From NCBI GenBank assembly GCA_964016885.1, contig OZ024742.1:339636001-339700000 (forward strand): a stretch of 64,000 bases of DNA, written 5' to 3'. The translations under genes were made by a program, and so were the position numbers. The DNA is from Eledone cirrhosa (taxonomy: Eukaryota). The notes beneath the pieces are model-generated. The model saw only the letters and a list, made by a program, of their open reading frames with translations, made no database searches and was not told where the DNA came from. This document shows positions 1 through 13,350 of this stretch, piece after piece (positions within the stretch are counted from its first letter, which is position 1; the number at the start of each line of letters is the position of its first letter).

Positions 1-710
1 TAGCCTCGGCGGGATTTGAACTCAGAAAGTAAAGGGCCGTAACTATGTACTGGAAAGCATGTTGTCTGCTGCTCTACTGATTCTGCTAATCCACCACGCT
101 CACGTATCTAATAATTGTTTCTAATTTTGGCACAAGGCCAGCAATTACCCAGTGCATTACTGGTACTTTATTTTATCGACCCCGTAAGGATGAAATGCAA
201 AGTTGACATCGGCGGGATTTGATCTCAGACCGTAAGGGAACGTAACTACGCTGGGAAGCATGGTATCCGACCCTTTACCTATACTGCCATTATTTCTTAT
301 TTAGGTACAATGCCAACAATGTTTTGGGGAGGGGAAAGTCGATTATTTCAACCCAAGTACATTACTGGTACTTTATTTTAACGACTCTATAAGGATGAAA
401 GGCAAAATTAACCTTGGCAGGATCCGAACACAGAACATAAAGGGCCGTAACTATATACTGCAAAGCATGGTGTTCGCTGCTCTACCGATACTGCCAATCC
501 ACCATGCTCACGTTTCTAATAATTGTTTCTACTTTTGGCACAAGGCCAACAATTATCCCAGTGTATTACTGGTACTTTATTTTATCGACCTCGTAAGAAT
601 GAAAGGCAAAGTTAACCTCTGCGTGATTTGAACTCAGACCATAAAGGGCCGTAACTCTTTGCTGCAAAGCATGGCGTCAGACTCTCAACCCATACTGCCA
701 ATCCACCGTT
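1..710 (-). mobile_element. Tandem cluster of about four tRNA-derived SINE copies (Meta/MESC-like central domain)
   Basis: Repeated block whose reverse complement reads GAGTTCAAATCC (B box) then AACTTTGCCTTTCATCCTTACGGGGTCGATAAAATAAAGTACCAG with an (ATT)n tail; copies at about 1-100, 109-290, 290-505 and 517-710. The domain name is from recall. Confidence 0.85.
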
Positions 711-1320
711 TCTAATAATAAGAATTATTTCTAATATTGATAAAGATGGTTTCTAATGCAGGTACAAGAGAGGAAAGTTGAATATATTGCCATTGTCCCC
801 AGACCATATCACTATTCACTGATAGCGGAGCGGAATTGGCTGCCCGAAGGTGCAGACTTCACGAGATGGAGTGGTTGTTTCAGCATGTCTCCCTCACCGT
901 CTTCTGGGGAAAATATTCACCATCCTGTCGGCCGGGACCCAGTGACGGAAGGTAAGTTAGTTGGAGATGGAGGATACTCGTTCGGACGTCACTTTTTCTC
1001 TATTTCATTTAAATTCTCTTCAAAACCATTTACATGTGAATTCTCACTGATTAAAACCTTGCTTCATTACTTGGCATGTGTTTTATTTTAGTGACATCAG
1101 AAGGAGGAAGGACAAAGTGAACTCAGCCGAATTTGAACTCAGAACGTAAAGAGCCCGAAAAAAATACTGTTGTAGTAATTGTTGTGGTTGTTACTCTACT
1201 TACCTGTCAAATATGGCGGTCTCGGTCCCCCACTCTCCTGTCTCAGAAAAAATACAAGAATATCTCAGGGTAGCATTCTAGATCCGAGGTAGTAAAGCTT
1301 TAGGTATTATCATGAATATA

Positions 1321-1510
1321 TACGAGGGAGTGCTCAAAAGTTTCCGGCCTTAAGGGTATCGCGAAAGGGTAGAGCTGTTACCTTCACAGGGGAGGTAGGA
1401 CCGCTGAAATAAGTGTGTGAATCTGAGATGAGAAATATGTTGAATAAAATCATAAATAACTGATTCTTCTGTATTTTCTTTTACCCAAACCCAGGAACAT
1501 TTCAGCACCC

Positions 1511-1516
<6 letters not shown>
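1321..1516. mobile_element. Mariner-type MITE
   Basis: Left end TACGAGGGAGTGCTCAAAAGTTTCCGG; right end reverse-complements to TATGAGGGGTGCTGAAATGTTCCTGG; TA at both ends. Confidence 0.75.
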
Positions 1517-1558
<42 letters not shown>

Positions 1559-1563
<5 letters not shown>

Positions 1564-1723
1564 AAGATGAAATCGAAAATGCAACTGGAGTCTTATTTTT
1601 TTTTTAAATATATATATTTATTTGGTTATATATATATTTATTTGGTTCCTTTACCGGTTTCGCAGTTCTTCTGCTTTTGAAAAGTAGAGTTGAGATGGAG
1701 GGTCTGTGGTTTTTCTCACATCT

Positions 1724-1730
<7 letters not shown>
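1559..1730 (-). mobile_element. Penelope-like terminal-repeat remnant with degenerate hammerhead motif
   Basis: Same family as 10497-10750. Minus strand TTCAAAA-GCAG-AAGAA-CTGC-GAAA-CCGGTA at 1651-1685; flanked by (TA)n. Confidence 0.55.
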
Positions 1731-1783
<53 letters not shown>

Positions 1784-2498
1784 AGAAAACGAAAAATCAG
1801 TGATGCATCTGGACTTAGTTTATTTCGTGTTACAAATGTTTCGCCGGCATGTAGCGCGAGTCATGGTCCTTGTATGGATCTGGCTGATTCTACTTATATA
1901 TATGAGTTCAAATTCGGCCGAATTCTCCTAGACTTAATGATTAATTGATTAATTTAATTAGACAATTCTATTTATTGGTTAATTGTTTATGTTTGTTTAA
2001 TAACATCTCGTTGAGAGCTTTATTCGGTTTGTGAAAAGGAATTTATTCCTTTGTTCAAATTTTGAATTTGACCGCCAAAAACCGGAGGTTACCTGTCTTC
2101 GGGAAAACCACGTGACTACTGGCCGTGTTTACTGCTAATATTTACAACCGGAGTGGCCTAGAACTGAAACTGGTTGACGAAGTAAATTCCACTGTTCTAT
2201 CTTCCAAAACCAATAACTTGCAGGCCTCTGCAAGTGGATTTTGTTGATTTCGGATTTACAGAAACCTAGCGGAGATATTGTATAATATCAACGCGATGGT
2301 CCAGGTTTGTCACATTTCCTGAGTCAGTTTTTTTCGTTGCTTTGGTCACTGCGGCTCGCTTATCGGTCGCTGTCTTCAATTTGCAAAGGTGTTATAACTC
2401 TAAGGTACTATACCTTATTGAGTGCTTAGTTGCACATCCCGATTGTATTCGTTAGCTTAGCTGCAGCCAGAGCTTCGATTATGCTGTACTAACTTTTG

Positions 2499-2547
<49 letters not shown>

Positions 2548-2860
2548 AGGAAAAGAGTCGGGACCCCGTCGGTACTGCTCAAGCCGTTTCGACGTTTATT
2601 TCTGGACTAAATTAAATTTAGCGTGGTGTAGATATAGCCGAACTCTTCAAGGGGTATTTAATATATGAAATACCCCTTGAAGAGTTCGGCTATATCTACA
2701 CTACGCTAAATTTAATTTAGTCCAGAACTAGCCGTCGAAACGGCTTGAGCAGTACCGACGGGGTCCTGACTCTTTTCCTATTTCCCACTCTACTACCCAA
2801 AGTATCGAGTACTCTGGTGCGTTATGGTCCACCTGGTTCCTTACCACACTTCCTTCGTTA
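2548..2860 (+). mobile_element. Penelope-like fold-back remnant (about 112-bp inverted arms) with hammerhead motif
   Basis: Inverted arms 2548-2659 and 2668-2779. ACCCC-TTGAAGA...CGGCTA..TAGCCG..GAAA-CGG..CCG-AC-GGGGT at 2672-2764; lies in (TA)n. Confidence 0.65.
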
Positions 2861-2872
2861 TATATATATACG

Positions 2873-2963
<91 letters not shown>

Positions 2964-3150
2964 ATGTGTGTATGTGTGAGTGTATATATATATATATATA
3001 TGTATGCGTGTGTGTATCTGTATTATTATATACATTTTTCTGCCATATTTCACGTGCGTAAATGCATCATTTAAGTTTATTATATGACATTTTAAACGTT
3101 AAATTTCATAATATATATATATATATATGTGTGTCTGTGTGTGTTTTTAA

Positions 3151-3198
<48 letters not shown>

Positions 3199-3367
3199 AT
3201 ATATATAAATATAACAACGCGTATATAACAAATGTGGTTAAGACACAATTTTGCTTTATTATATTACATTATATTACATTATACACACACGCATCCACAA
3301 CCACACACATCCACACACACACAGACACACAGACACACATGCACGCATAGACACACACAGACACAGA

Positions 3368-3430
<63 letters not shown>

Positions 3431-3566
3431 ACACACACACAATTATGGCTGTATCGATTGAATTATTCAGAATTACAGATAGTACAGGGTTTCCGTGGTC
3501 ATTAATTCCCAGAACATCATTTATTCCATATTAATAAATCATGATTAGATATCAAGCACCCCTCCT

Positions 3567-3617
<51 letters not shown>

Positions 3618-3638
3618 TATATGTATATATATATATAT

Positions 3639-3698
<60 letters not shown>

Positions 3699-3732
3699 TA
3701 TACATACACACACACACACACATATATATATG

Positions 3733-3830
<98 letters not shown>

Positions 3831-3877
3831 TATTATATATATTAAATATATATATATATATATATATATTATATTAC

Positions 3878-3972
<95 letters not shown>

Positions 3973-4932
3973 GCCATTTTCTAACACATGTACATACATA
4001 AACACACGTGTGCATAACGACACTCACGCACGCACATACATATACACACACACATGCATACACACGCACACATGCATATACAAAGCATAAAAGAAGGAGA
4101 GGCAGTGTGAGTGCTGCATGCATGTACAGTAGTTGTATGCACACGCACATCAACATATGCACACACATTAGCATATGCACACATATCAACATATGCACAC
4201 ACATCAACAGTTGCACACACATCAACATATGCACACACATCAACATATGCACACACATAGACACTGGCTGGCCCGCATATGAATGGAGGAGAAAGTCCAT
4301 CCTAATAAACAGGCTTGTATATATATATATACACACACACATGCACATACATATGCACAAACACACCCACCCACAAACACATAGACACACACACCCACAC
4401 ACATATATGCATATTTAAAGTGGGGGGGGGGTCGCAGAGGGAAAGGAGACAGAAACGTACATCAGGTACATATTGAATTACAAAGAAGCACAGGTGTATG
4501 CATATATGTATACACACATATATATATATATAAACATACATAAAACATACATTTACATATATACGTACGTACATGCTTATATACGTACGTACATGCATAT
4601 ATACATGCATATATACAGACATACATATATGTACGCATAAATACATTACATACATGCATACACACATGCGTATTTGCATATATGTGTACATACATAAGTT
4701 CATAGGTACATACATCCATGCATACATGCATCCATGCATCCATGCATACATACATATATGCATACATACATAAGTACATACATCCATGCATACATACATA
4801 CATCCATGCATACGTACATACATGCATGCATTCATACACCCATCCATGCATGCAGACATACATACATGCATACATGCATACATACATATTTACATATATA
4901 CATACATGCATACATAAATACATACATACATA
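2859..4932. repeat. Compound microsatellite field (TA, TG/CA, TACA, plus an 18-bp CACACACATCAACATATG minisatellite)
   Basis: Directly visible simple repeats. Confidence 0.95.
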
Positions 4933-5543
4933 CATGGTGGCTGCCAACTCGTTTTCGAGTACGGCCACTACTTTATATCCATGTAGGAGAACCCCTACCG
5001 AAGCGCTGAACGAGTGTGACTTTTTAGTCCAGCCAGCGACTTGAAAACTCTGGTACAAACACTACACTTGTGACAATTATTGACACATAGTGCTGGGCCC
5101 ATGGTACCATGTGAGGACAAGTGCAGAGAGATCTCCAGATACAAAGCAATGCCTGTGCCGTGAAGCTTTTATAGTGAGCAAAGGCACTGCACAAAGCCAG
5201 TCCCACTCTCTTAACCAAGATGATATTTACCAAAAAGAAGAACAAGTCAACATCATTGGATACCATCAGGGTTGCAGGTGTTATATCAGAGTTTTCCTTC
5301 TCCTAGAATTCTGCCTTGACAAAGGCTAAGGGGTCATCTCTCCCGGTGATTTTGGATGGCCATCGACTCTTAAGAGTTTCTTTGCCCTTTGACAGGTTTT
5401 GTTTTTAGTCCTGCAGGATGTCCAAAGTCACCCTCCTCACCAAGAAACCTTGGTGGGGTTGCCAGTTTAGTCGCCAACGACCCGACCATGAGACAGGTTG
5501 TACTGGGATACATGTTACCAGTAGCACCAACTGGTGACCTGAC
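4933..5543 (-). mobile_element. Non-autonomous bipartite RTE-derived retroelement (about 610 bp), family 1
   Basis: Near-identical to 54289-54897 and 55033-55604. RTE-like 5' UTR motif GGAGAAGGAAAACTCTGAT; residual C-terminal zinc finger [21 protein letters not shown]; 3' hairpin CTCG-AAAA-CGAG then (ATGT)n. Confidence 0.75.
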
Positions 5544-5640
5544 ATACATACATACATACATACATACATACATACATACATACATACATACACACATACA
5601 CACATACATACATACATACATACATACATACATACATACA

Positions 5641-5671
<31 letters not shown>

Positions 5672-5689
5672 GTAGGAGTATCTTGTTTT

Positions 5690-6318
5690 AAAAATGGAAT
5701 GTGCCTTAATTTGAACTATTTGAATTCAAGAATTGCAGGAGCTGGTGCAGTAATGCGCCAGCTTCAGCATTTGGTAATCAGAAGAAGGGAGATATGTGTA
5801 AAAGCCAAACTCACTATCTTCAATTCGGTATTCGAGCCAAAACTTACCTATGGTTATGAATGTTGGGTAATGACCGAAAGTATACGATCGGGAATACAAG
5901 CGGCCGAAATGGGGCCCGAAACGTCTTTGGAATAATGTTACTCGATAAAGTGCATAGATTGGAACTCAGAGATTCACCCCCAGTAGAACCGTTACTTCTC
6001 CGAATTGAGAGATCACAGCTCCGATACTATGGGCATATGGTTAGAATGTATTAGGAAAGAATCGCTGGACAGACTTTACGGGCAAAACTAACTGGCAGGA
6101 GACCCAGGCGTAGACCCTGAGCAAGATAGTTGGACACCATACATGATCTTGGCTGGTCTCGCTTGGGGATCTAGCCAATTCATTTGGGGATGAATGCTTC
6201 TGACAGGACCCGCTGGAAGGAGTGTTTGAGGACTCTTCCCCAAACGACCCTCTGGAAGGAGTGTTTGAGGACTCTGCCCCCATGACCTTCTCAGCAATAA
6301 GTGGGCGAAGAAGAAGAG
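5690..6318 (+). pseudogene. 3' fragment of an RTE-clade (Expander/Rex3-like) LINE
   Basis: Broken ORF RIAGAGAVMRQL..KAKLTIFNSVFEPKLTYGYECWVMT..IQAAEM..VEPLLLRIERSQLRYYGHMVRM..GRRP; short (GAA)n tail; about 38-bp internal tandem duplication near 6210-6285. Confidence 0.85.
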
Positions 6319-6449
6319 TTTTTCCTCTTATATTTTCATGTTAGACGTTAGAACAATAATGTTACCAAGTTATCTTCAACGTTTCTAACCTTTGTAATCT
6401 CATATTTCAGATGAAGTGTTGTATACCTCTACTTTTCTATCTATACATT

Positions 6450-6665
6450 GCTTTCTTAGTTAGGCACAAGGCCAGCAATTTGTGGGGAGGGGAAGATCGA
6501 TTATAGCGACTGCACTACTTGACTGGTTCATTATTTTATCGACACCGGAAGAATTATTTGTGATGTTGACCTCAGCAGGATTTGACCTCGGAAAGTAAAG
6601 CACAATAACTAAATGTCGGAAAGTATTTTGTTCGAGGTTCTAATGATTTTGTTTATCCATCGTCC
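6450..6665 (-). mobile_element. Diverged tRNA-derived SINE (same family as 1-710)
   Basis: GGCACAAGGCCAGCAATT..TTATCGAC..GACCTCAGCAGGATTTGA similarity. Confidence 0.7.
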
Positions 6666-7177
6666 TTGAGAATTGATCCCAATACTTGACTGTTAATTTA
6701 TTTAGAAATTATCGATGTTTGTTCTCATTACATGTGTTTCACTCACAAAGTAGGCTTAAAAACCATTCAAATATTAAAAGCAAAGATAAAAAACAAAATA
6801 AAGTAATGAGAAAAGGGGGAAGGGGTAAAGAAAGCAGATCTGGTTGTATGGGAAAGTAGAGAAAAGGAGTATATATGTCATAAATGAGAGGAAAAGGAGA
6901 GAAAAAGCAAGGTCTCTTAGGTCACAGAACAAAGGGAGAGGGGGAGAGGGTGATAGGTTGTGGACCTAGGGCGGGGTAGTGTCTGGGCTACGCCCCGCAG
7001 ACATATCTGCGACCCACAGCAGACAGCCGAAGAGCGGGATTTGTCCTTGTGTTTCTGTTTTTCTTACGTTTTCTAAACAATATTTATTAGTAACCACAGA
7101 GCGTCTTTGGCACTTTTAATTCATATATATATATATAATACTTCCACACACACATACACTTATGTATATATATCTAT

Positions 7178-7216
<39 letters not shown>

Positions 7217-7362
7217 ACGAAGGAAATGTACTCAATACTTAGCGTAGTAGAGTGGGTAATAGGAACGAGTAGGACCCCGACGGCTGAGCTCAAGCCGTTT
7301 CGACGGCTAATTCAGAATTAGCCGTCGAAACGGCTTGAGCTCAGCCGTCGGGGTCCTACTCG

Positions 7363-7365
<3 letters not shown>
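7217..7365. mobile_element. Penelope-like fold-back remnant, same family as 2548-2860
   Basis: 51-bp inverted arms 7263-7313 and 7315-7365; contains GAAA-CGGCT..AGCCG-TC-GGGGT (hammerhead stem III and GUC). Confidence 0.7.
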
Positions 7366-7447
<82 letters not shown>

Positions 7448-7451
<4 letters not shown>

Positions 7452-7689
7452 GAAAATGAAAGGAATTCTTTGGTACAGTAATATATATTCGAAGAAAGAG
7501 GAAAGAATGACTTCACTGGTTGATGTTCTTTAATAATTCAAACCTTTACAATAAGTTGTAATTGAATTAATATCAACAACGACTTATTGTAAAGGTTTGA
7601 ATTATTAAAGAACATCAACCAGTGAAGTCATTCTTTCCTCTTTCTTCAAATATATATTACTGTACCAAAGAATTCCTTTCATTTTCTAC

Positions 7690-7690
<1 letters not shown>
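7448..7690. repeat. Near-perfect palindrome (about 105-bp arms) in (TA)n, probable Penelope-like fold-back
   Basis: AGTAGAAAATGAAAGGAATTC... is mirrored by ...GAATTCCTTTCATTTTCTACT. Confidence 0.8.
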
Positions 7691-7745
<55 letters not shown>

Positions 7746-7778
7746 GATAAATAGATATACACTAGAAACAGAGGACAA

Positions 7779-7825
<47 letters not shown>

Positions 7826-7950
7826 CAATCACACACGCATATACACACACACATTAATCTCTCTCTCTATATATATATATATGTGTATGTGCGTGTATAT
7901 AATAATTTTTGTAGCTGCAAACTTTAAATAATAAAATAGGAAAGGAGTGT

Positions 7951-7980
7951 TTACGTTTCGGATAGTAGTCCTTCATCAGA
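7951..7980 (-). ncRNA. Minimal hammerhead ribozyme motif (Penelope-type)
   Basis: CTGATGA-A-GGA-CTACTA-TCC-GAAA-CGTA; stem I is weak. Confidence 0.55.
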
Positions 7981-8089
7981 AGATAGAATAAGAAATAAAT
8001 TATGAAATCGAAAGATAGAGGATGAAAAGAGGAAGGAACGGAAAAAGGTTCTTGAGAAAAAACACGTGCTTATTCTGTCAACCATTTTG

Positions 8090-8120
<31 letters not shown>

Positions 8121-8216
8121 TGGGAACGGACGAAGACCCCAAGAGTACACACTTCGTCCGTTCCCATGTCGATTCAATTTGGATTGCCTCGGAAACATAA
8201 CCTTATTATGCAACAA

Positions 8217-8290
8217 GGTGTCTGACGATGTCGTGGCACTGGCGCACGGAACAGTGTGGCCATTGTCGCCATTGAAATATGTATCACAGC
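8217..8290 (+). ncRNA. Type I hammerhead motif with long stem II
   Basis: GGTGT-CTGACGA-[long hairpin]-GAAA-TATGTA-TC-ACAGC; inverted twin at about 10320-10393. Confidence 0.55.
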
Positions 8291-8358
8291 ATTATTATTA
8301 AAGGACTTTAACATCTGAAACTACTTCGCTTATCCTTATTCTATATATATACACAGCA

Positions 8359-8536
8359 ATCGGTAGAGGGTCGGACGCCATGCTTTGACGCATAGAGTTA
8401 CGGCCCTTGCCATTCTGAGTTCAAATCCCGCCGAGGTTAACTTTGCCTTTCATCCTTACGGGGTCGATAAAATAAAGTACCAGTAATACACTGGGAAATT
8501 GCTGGCCTTGTGCCAAAAGTAGAAACAATTATTATT
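8359..8536 (+). mobile_element. tRNA-derived SINE, slightly 5'-truncated
   Basis: B box GAGTTCAAATCC, core CTTTGCCTTTCATCCTTACGGGGTCGATAAA, (ATT)n tail. Confidence 0.85.
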
Positions 8537-8573
8537 AAAGGACTTTAACATCTGAAACTACTTCGCTTATCCT

Positions 8574-8818
<245 letters not shown>

Positions 8819-8820
8819 CG

Positions 8821-8888
<68 letters not shown>

Positions 8889-9000
8889 TTGAAAAAAAAT
8901 GAAAACGAAATTTCATTTCTCATTCTTAGTATGGCACTTACTTAAATATAAGTATGTATGTATGCGTACATACATATATGTATACAGACGTACAGTAGCA

Positions 9001-9084
<84 letters not shown>

Positions 9085-9184
9085 AAATTGAGGTTGGTAA
9101 TGGCACATGGAATATATAAGAGACAGAATACTTTTTTGTGAAAAAACATAATTTTATAAGGTAAGGAAATAATAAAGGGTATAA

Positions 9185-9232
9185 AAAATGACCGGTTTCG
9201 ATGGGTCTGCAAAAGCCATCTTTTCAAATGTT
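9185..9232 (-). ncRNA. Hammerhead motif, U3-A8 core variant
   Basis: AACAT-TTGAAAA-GATGG..CCATC-GAAA-CCG-GTC-ATTTT. Confidence 0.55.
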
Positions 9233-9547
9233 GATTAATATTAAGAAAAATTAATAATACGAAGAGTTAAAATTTGAGACTTGAAAATTCAAGTATAAAA
9301 TTCATTGTGGGATTTCATAGCAGTTTTCATCTAGGTAGCAACAACAGGTTGACTGCTGTGTCCCTTTCTATATATATACACATATGCATACAGGTACACA
9401 TACATATATGCACGCATCAGTTTAGCCGACGTTTATTATAACGCCGGCCGCTTTGTTCGTTTGTTTGTCAACAAAGCGAACAGCCTGAATTTATGCCATA
9501 CGGTGTTAAGGCAACCACGTCACCTTTTTGTTCAACACTGACACAGG

Positions 9548-9592
9548 AACGATGTACTAGTTTCAAGCTTGTTAGCTATCATCAGCACCGTT
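9548..9592 (-). ncRNA. Minimal type I hammerhead ribozyme
   Basis: AACGGTG-CTGATGA-T-AGCT-AACA-AGCT-T-GAAA-CTAG-TA-CATCGTT: 7-bp stem I, 4-bp stem II, palindromic stem III, GUA triplet. Confidence 0.75.
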
Positions 9593-9721
9593 TACCCATC
9601 TGCCAGATCTGCATAAATTCAGGCTGTTCGGTTTGTTGACAAACAAACGAACAAAGCGGCCGGCGTTATAATAAACGTCGGCTAAACTGATGCGTGCATA
9701 TATGTATGTGTACCTGTATGC

Positions 9722-9774
<53 letters not shown>

Positions 9775-9824
9775 TGCTACTGTACGTCTGTATACATATA
9801 TGTATGTACGTATACATACATACT

Positions 9825-9906
<82 letters not shown>

Positions 9907-9919
9907 TATATATATACAC

Positions 9920-10166
<247 letters not shown>

Positions 10167-10441
10167 TTCTAGTTGCGACCGATAGATAGTATTAGCAATT
10201 GGAAAGACCAACGGAAACATCGTTCCCTCGGTCCGATTTGACGAAAGTCGATCGTTCCTTTATATATAGAATAAGGATAAGCGAAGTAGTTTCAGATGTT
10301 AAAGTCCTTTAATAATAATGCTGTGATACATATTTCAATGGCGACAATGGCCACACTGTTCCGTGCGCCAGTGCCACGACATCGTCAGACACCTTGTTGC
10401 ATAATAAGGTTATGTTTCCGAGGCAATCCAAATATATATAT

Positions 10442-10496
<55 letters not shown>

Positions 10497-10498
<2 letters not shown>

Positions 10499-10750
10499 AA
10501 AAGATGAAATCGAAAATGCAACTGGAGTCTTATTTTTTTAAAAAATATATATATTTATTTGGTTCCTTTACCGGTTTCGCAGTTTTTCTGCAGAAGAACT
10601 GCGAAACCGGTAAAGGAACCAAATAAATATATATATTTAAAAAAAAATATGACTGCAGTTGCATTTTCGATTTCATCTCTTTTTCTTTATACTTTCACTC
10701 GTGTAGGACACCTCGGTTATTTTTCAATTTGTAAAAAAAACCTCACTTTC
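10497..10750. mobile_element. Penelope-like fold-back remnant (about 90-bp arms)
   Basis: Palindrome centred on TTCTGCAGAA (about 10590); arms contain CTGC-GAAA-CCGGTA; same family as 1559-1730. Confidence 0.65.
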
Positions 10751-11299
10751 TAATATATATATATATATATACATATATATACATAGGTTTGTGTGTGTAT
10801 GTGCGTGTATATAAATGTACTTATAAAGCAGCAAACTCTCAGCCATATTATAAAATATTCCTGTTTGTAAGTGATCATGCATGTGTATATGTACATATGT
10901 ATATATGCATATGGAGGTGTGTATGTTTGTTTATATGTATTTATGTGTGATCGTTAATTGCAAATGGCCGAGTCATTTATATTTAACTTTCTGAAGTAAA
11001 TTAATAAATGATATAGATATAAGTAACATATGTAATGATTATATATATATATATATATATACGTACCCCCCCGCCCACATGTATATATATATATATAAAT
11101 GTATATATATATATGTATGCATCTATGTATATATCTATGTATATGTATTTATGTATACACACACACACAATCACACACACAGACATATATACATATACAC
11201 CGATACTTAGCTAATCAATATAATATGTGGCAAACAGAACAAAAGCAACAATATATAAAAAGAAAGTATCATACTCATTTAATCACAAACACAAGCACT

Positions 11300-12418
11300 A
11301 ACGGGTGCACACACAAACTCACGCTGCACACACAAACACACACTGTATACATAAACACACGCTGCACATACAAACACACGCTGCACACACAAACACATCC
11401 TGTATACATAAACACACACAAGCACACACAAACGCACGCTGCACACACAAACACACGCTGTACACACAACCACACGCTGTATACACAAACACACGCTGTA
11501 TACATAAACACACGCTGTATACACAAACACGCTGTATATACAAACACACGCTGCACACGCAAACACACGCTGTATACACAAACACACGCTGCACACACAA
11601 ACACACGCTGCACACACAAACACACGCTGTATACATAAACACACACAAGCACACACAAACACACGCTGTACACACAAACACACGCTGCACACACAAACGC
11701 ACGCTGCACACACAAACACACGCTGTACACACAAACACACGCTGTATACACAAACACACGCTGTATACATAAACACACGCTGTATACACAAACACGCTGT
11801 ATATACAAACACACGCTGCACACGCAAACACACGCTGCACACACAAACACACGCTGCACACACAAACACACGCTGTATACATTAACACACGCTGTATACA
11901 TAAACACACGCTGCATACACAAACACACGCTGTATACATAAACACACGCTGTACACACAAACACACTCTGTATACACAAACACACGTGGTATACACAAAC
12001 ACAGCCGTACACACGCAAACACAGCCGTGCGCACACAAACATAGCCGTACACACACAAACACAGCCGTACACACACAAACACATCCGTACACACACAAAC
12101 ACAGCCGTGCGCACACAAACACAGCCGTGCGCACACAAACATAGCCGTACGCACACAAACATAGCCGTACACACACGGACACAGCCGTACACACACAAAC
12201 ACAGCCGTACACACACAAACACAGCCGTACGCACCCAAACACACGCACAAACACAGCCGTACACACACAAACGCAACCGTGCACACACAAACACAGTATT
12301 ACACACACAAACACAGCCATACGCACACAAACACAGCCGTACGCACACAAACATAGCCGTACGCAGACAAACACAGCCGTACGCACACAAACAGCCGTAT
12401 GCACACAAACACACACAC
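11300..12418. repeat. 20-bp CA-derived minisatellite (AAACACACGCTGYAYACACA switching to AAACACAGCCGTACACACAC near 11990)
   Basis: Directly visible periodicity. Confidence 0.9.
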
Positions 12419-13022
12419 TTGGCCTCTTAAACAGACGACAATTGCAGGCATACAGTCAAGCAGACACCTTACTAACGGTCAGTCAATTGACGAGCCCTCT
12501 GAAGAGATAATGCTAGCTAGTAAATGGACACGGGTGTTAATCAATTTACCATGGGGTAGCTCTACTATCTCTCTACCAACCTCTCTCTCTATATCCTTTT
12601 CTTTGTCTTATCTATCTTTTTGTGTCTATTATTAATAATGCGCCATTTTGAAAAGACTTAGTGAAAAGAAAAAAAAAAAGGAAAAGAAACCGAGATTTGA
12701 AAGTAAATCACCGCCTTTTACAGCTGACGATAAGTGTTTGGAAGACAAAAGTAGCGTATAAAATAAAAGGTATATATAAAAGTATATATGTATAAAATCA
12801 GAGTTATATATATATAAATAAAATATATGTATCAAAAGCACCGTATATATATATAAAAATACCGAAGAAAAGTATAAAATATAATATAAACCTATAAAAG
12901 GATAGCTCTTGGTAGGAGTGTACTAAACATTATATATATTTATACGCGTGTGTGTGAGACGCTCAGTAAAGTCAATAAAATACGCTGTGGGGAGAAGAAT
13001 CAAGATCGATACACACACACAC

Positions 13023-13074
<52 letters not shown>

Positions 13075-13350
13075 ATATAAGTGTGTGTGTGTATGTGTGT
13101 GTGTGTGCGTTTGTGAGTGTGTGTATGTTGGTGTATGTATCAATCGGGAAATTCTCTTCTTGTGTAGAAACCACGAAGCTGCGCGACATTAAACTTTCCA
13201 ATTCCCACAATAAATCTTCGTTCTACAAATGACTGTTTTGAGTTTTCTCACTCTTAGGCATAGTACGAATTATGATATGTAATGATACATACACACATAC
13301 ATACATACATATATATGTACATACATATGTACATACATACATACATGCAT

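Noticed and set aside
1780-2500. Penelope GIY-YIG coding remnant
   Set aside because: Only a degenerate CGAAACA..TGTA motif near 1831-1845; no convincing protein motif in the frames I examined.
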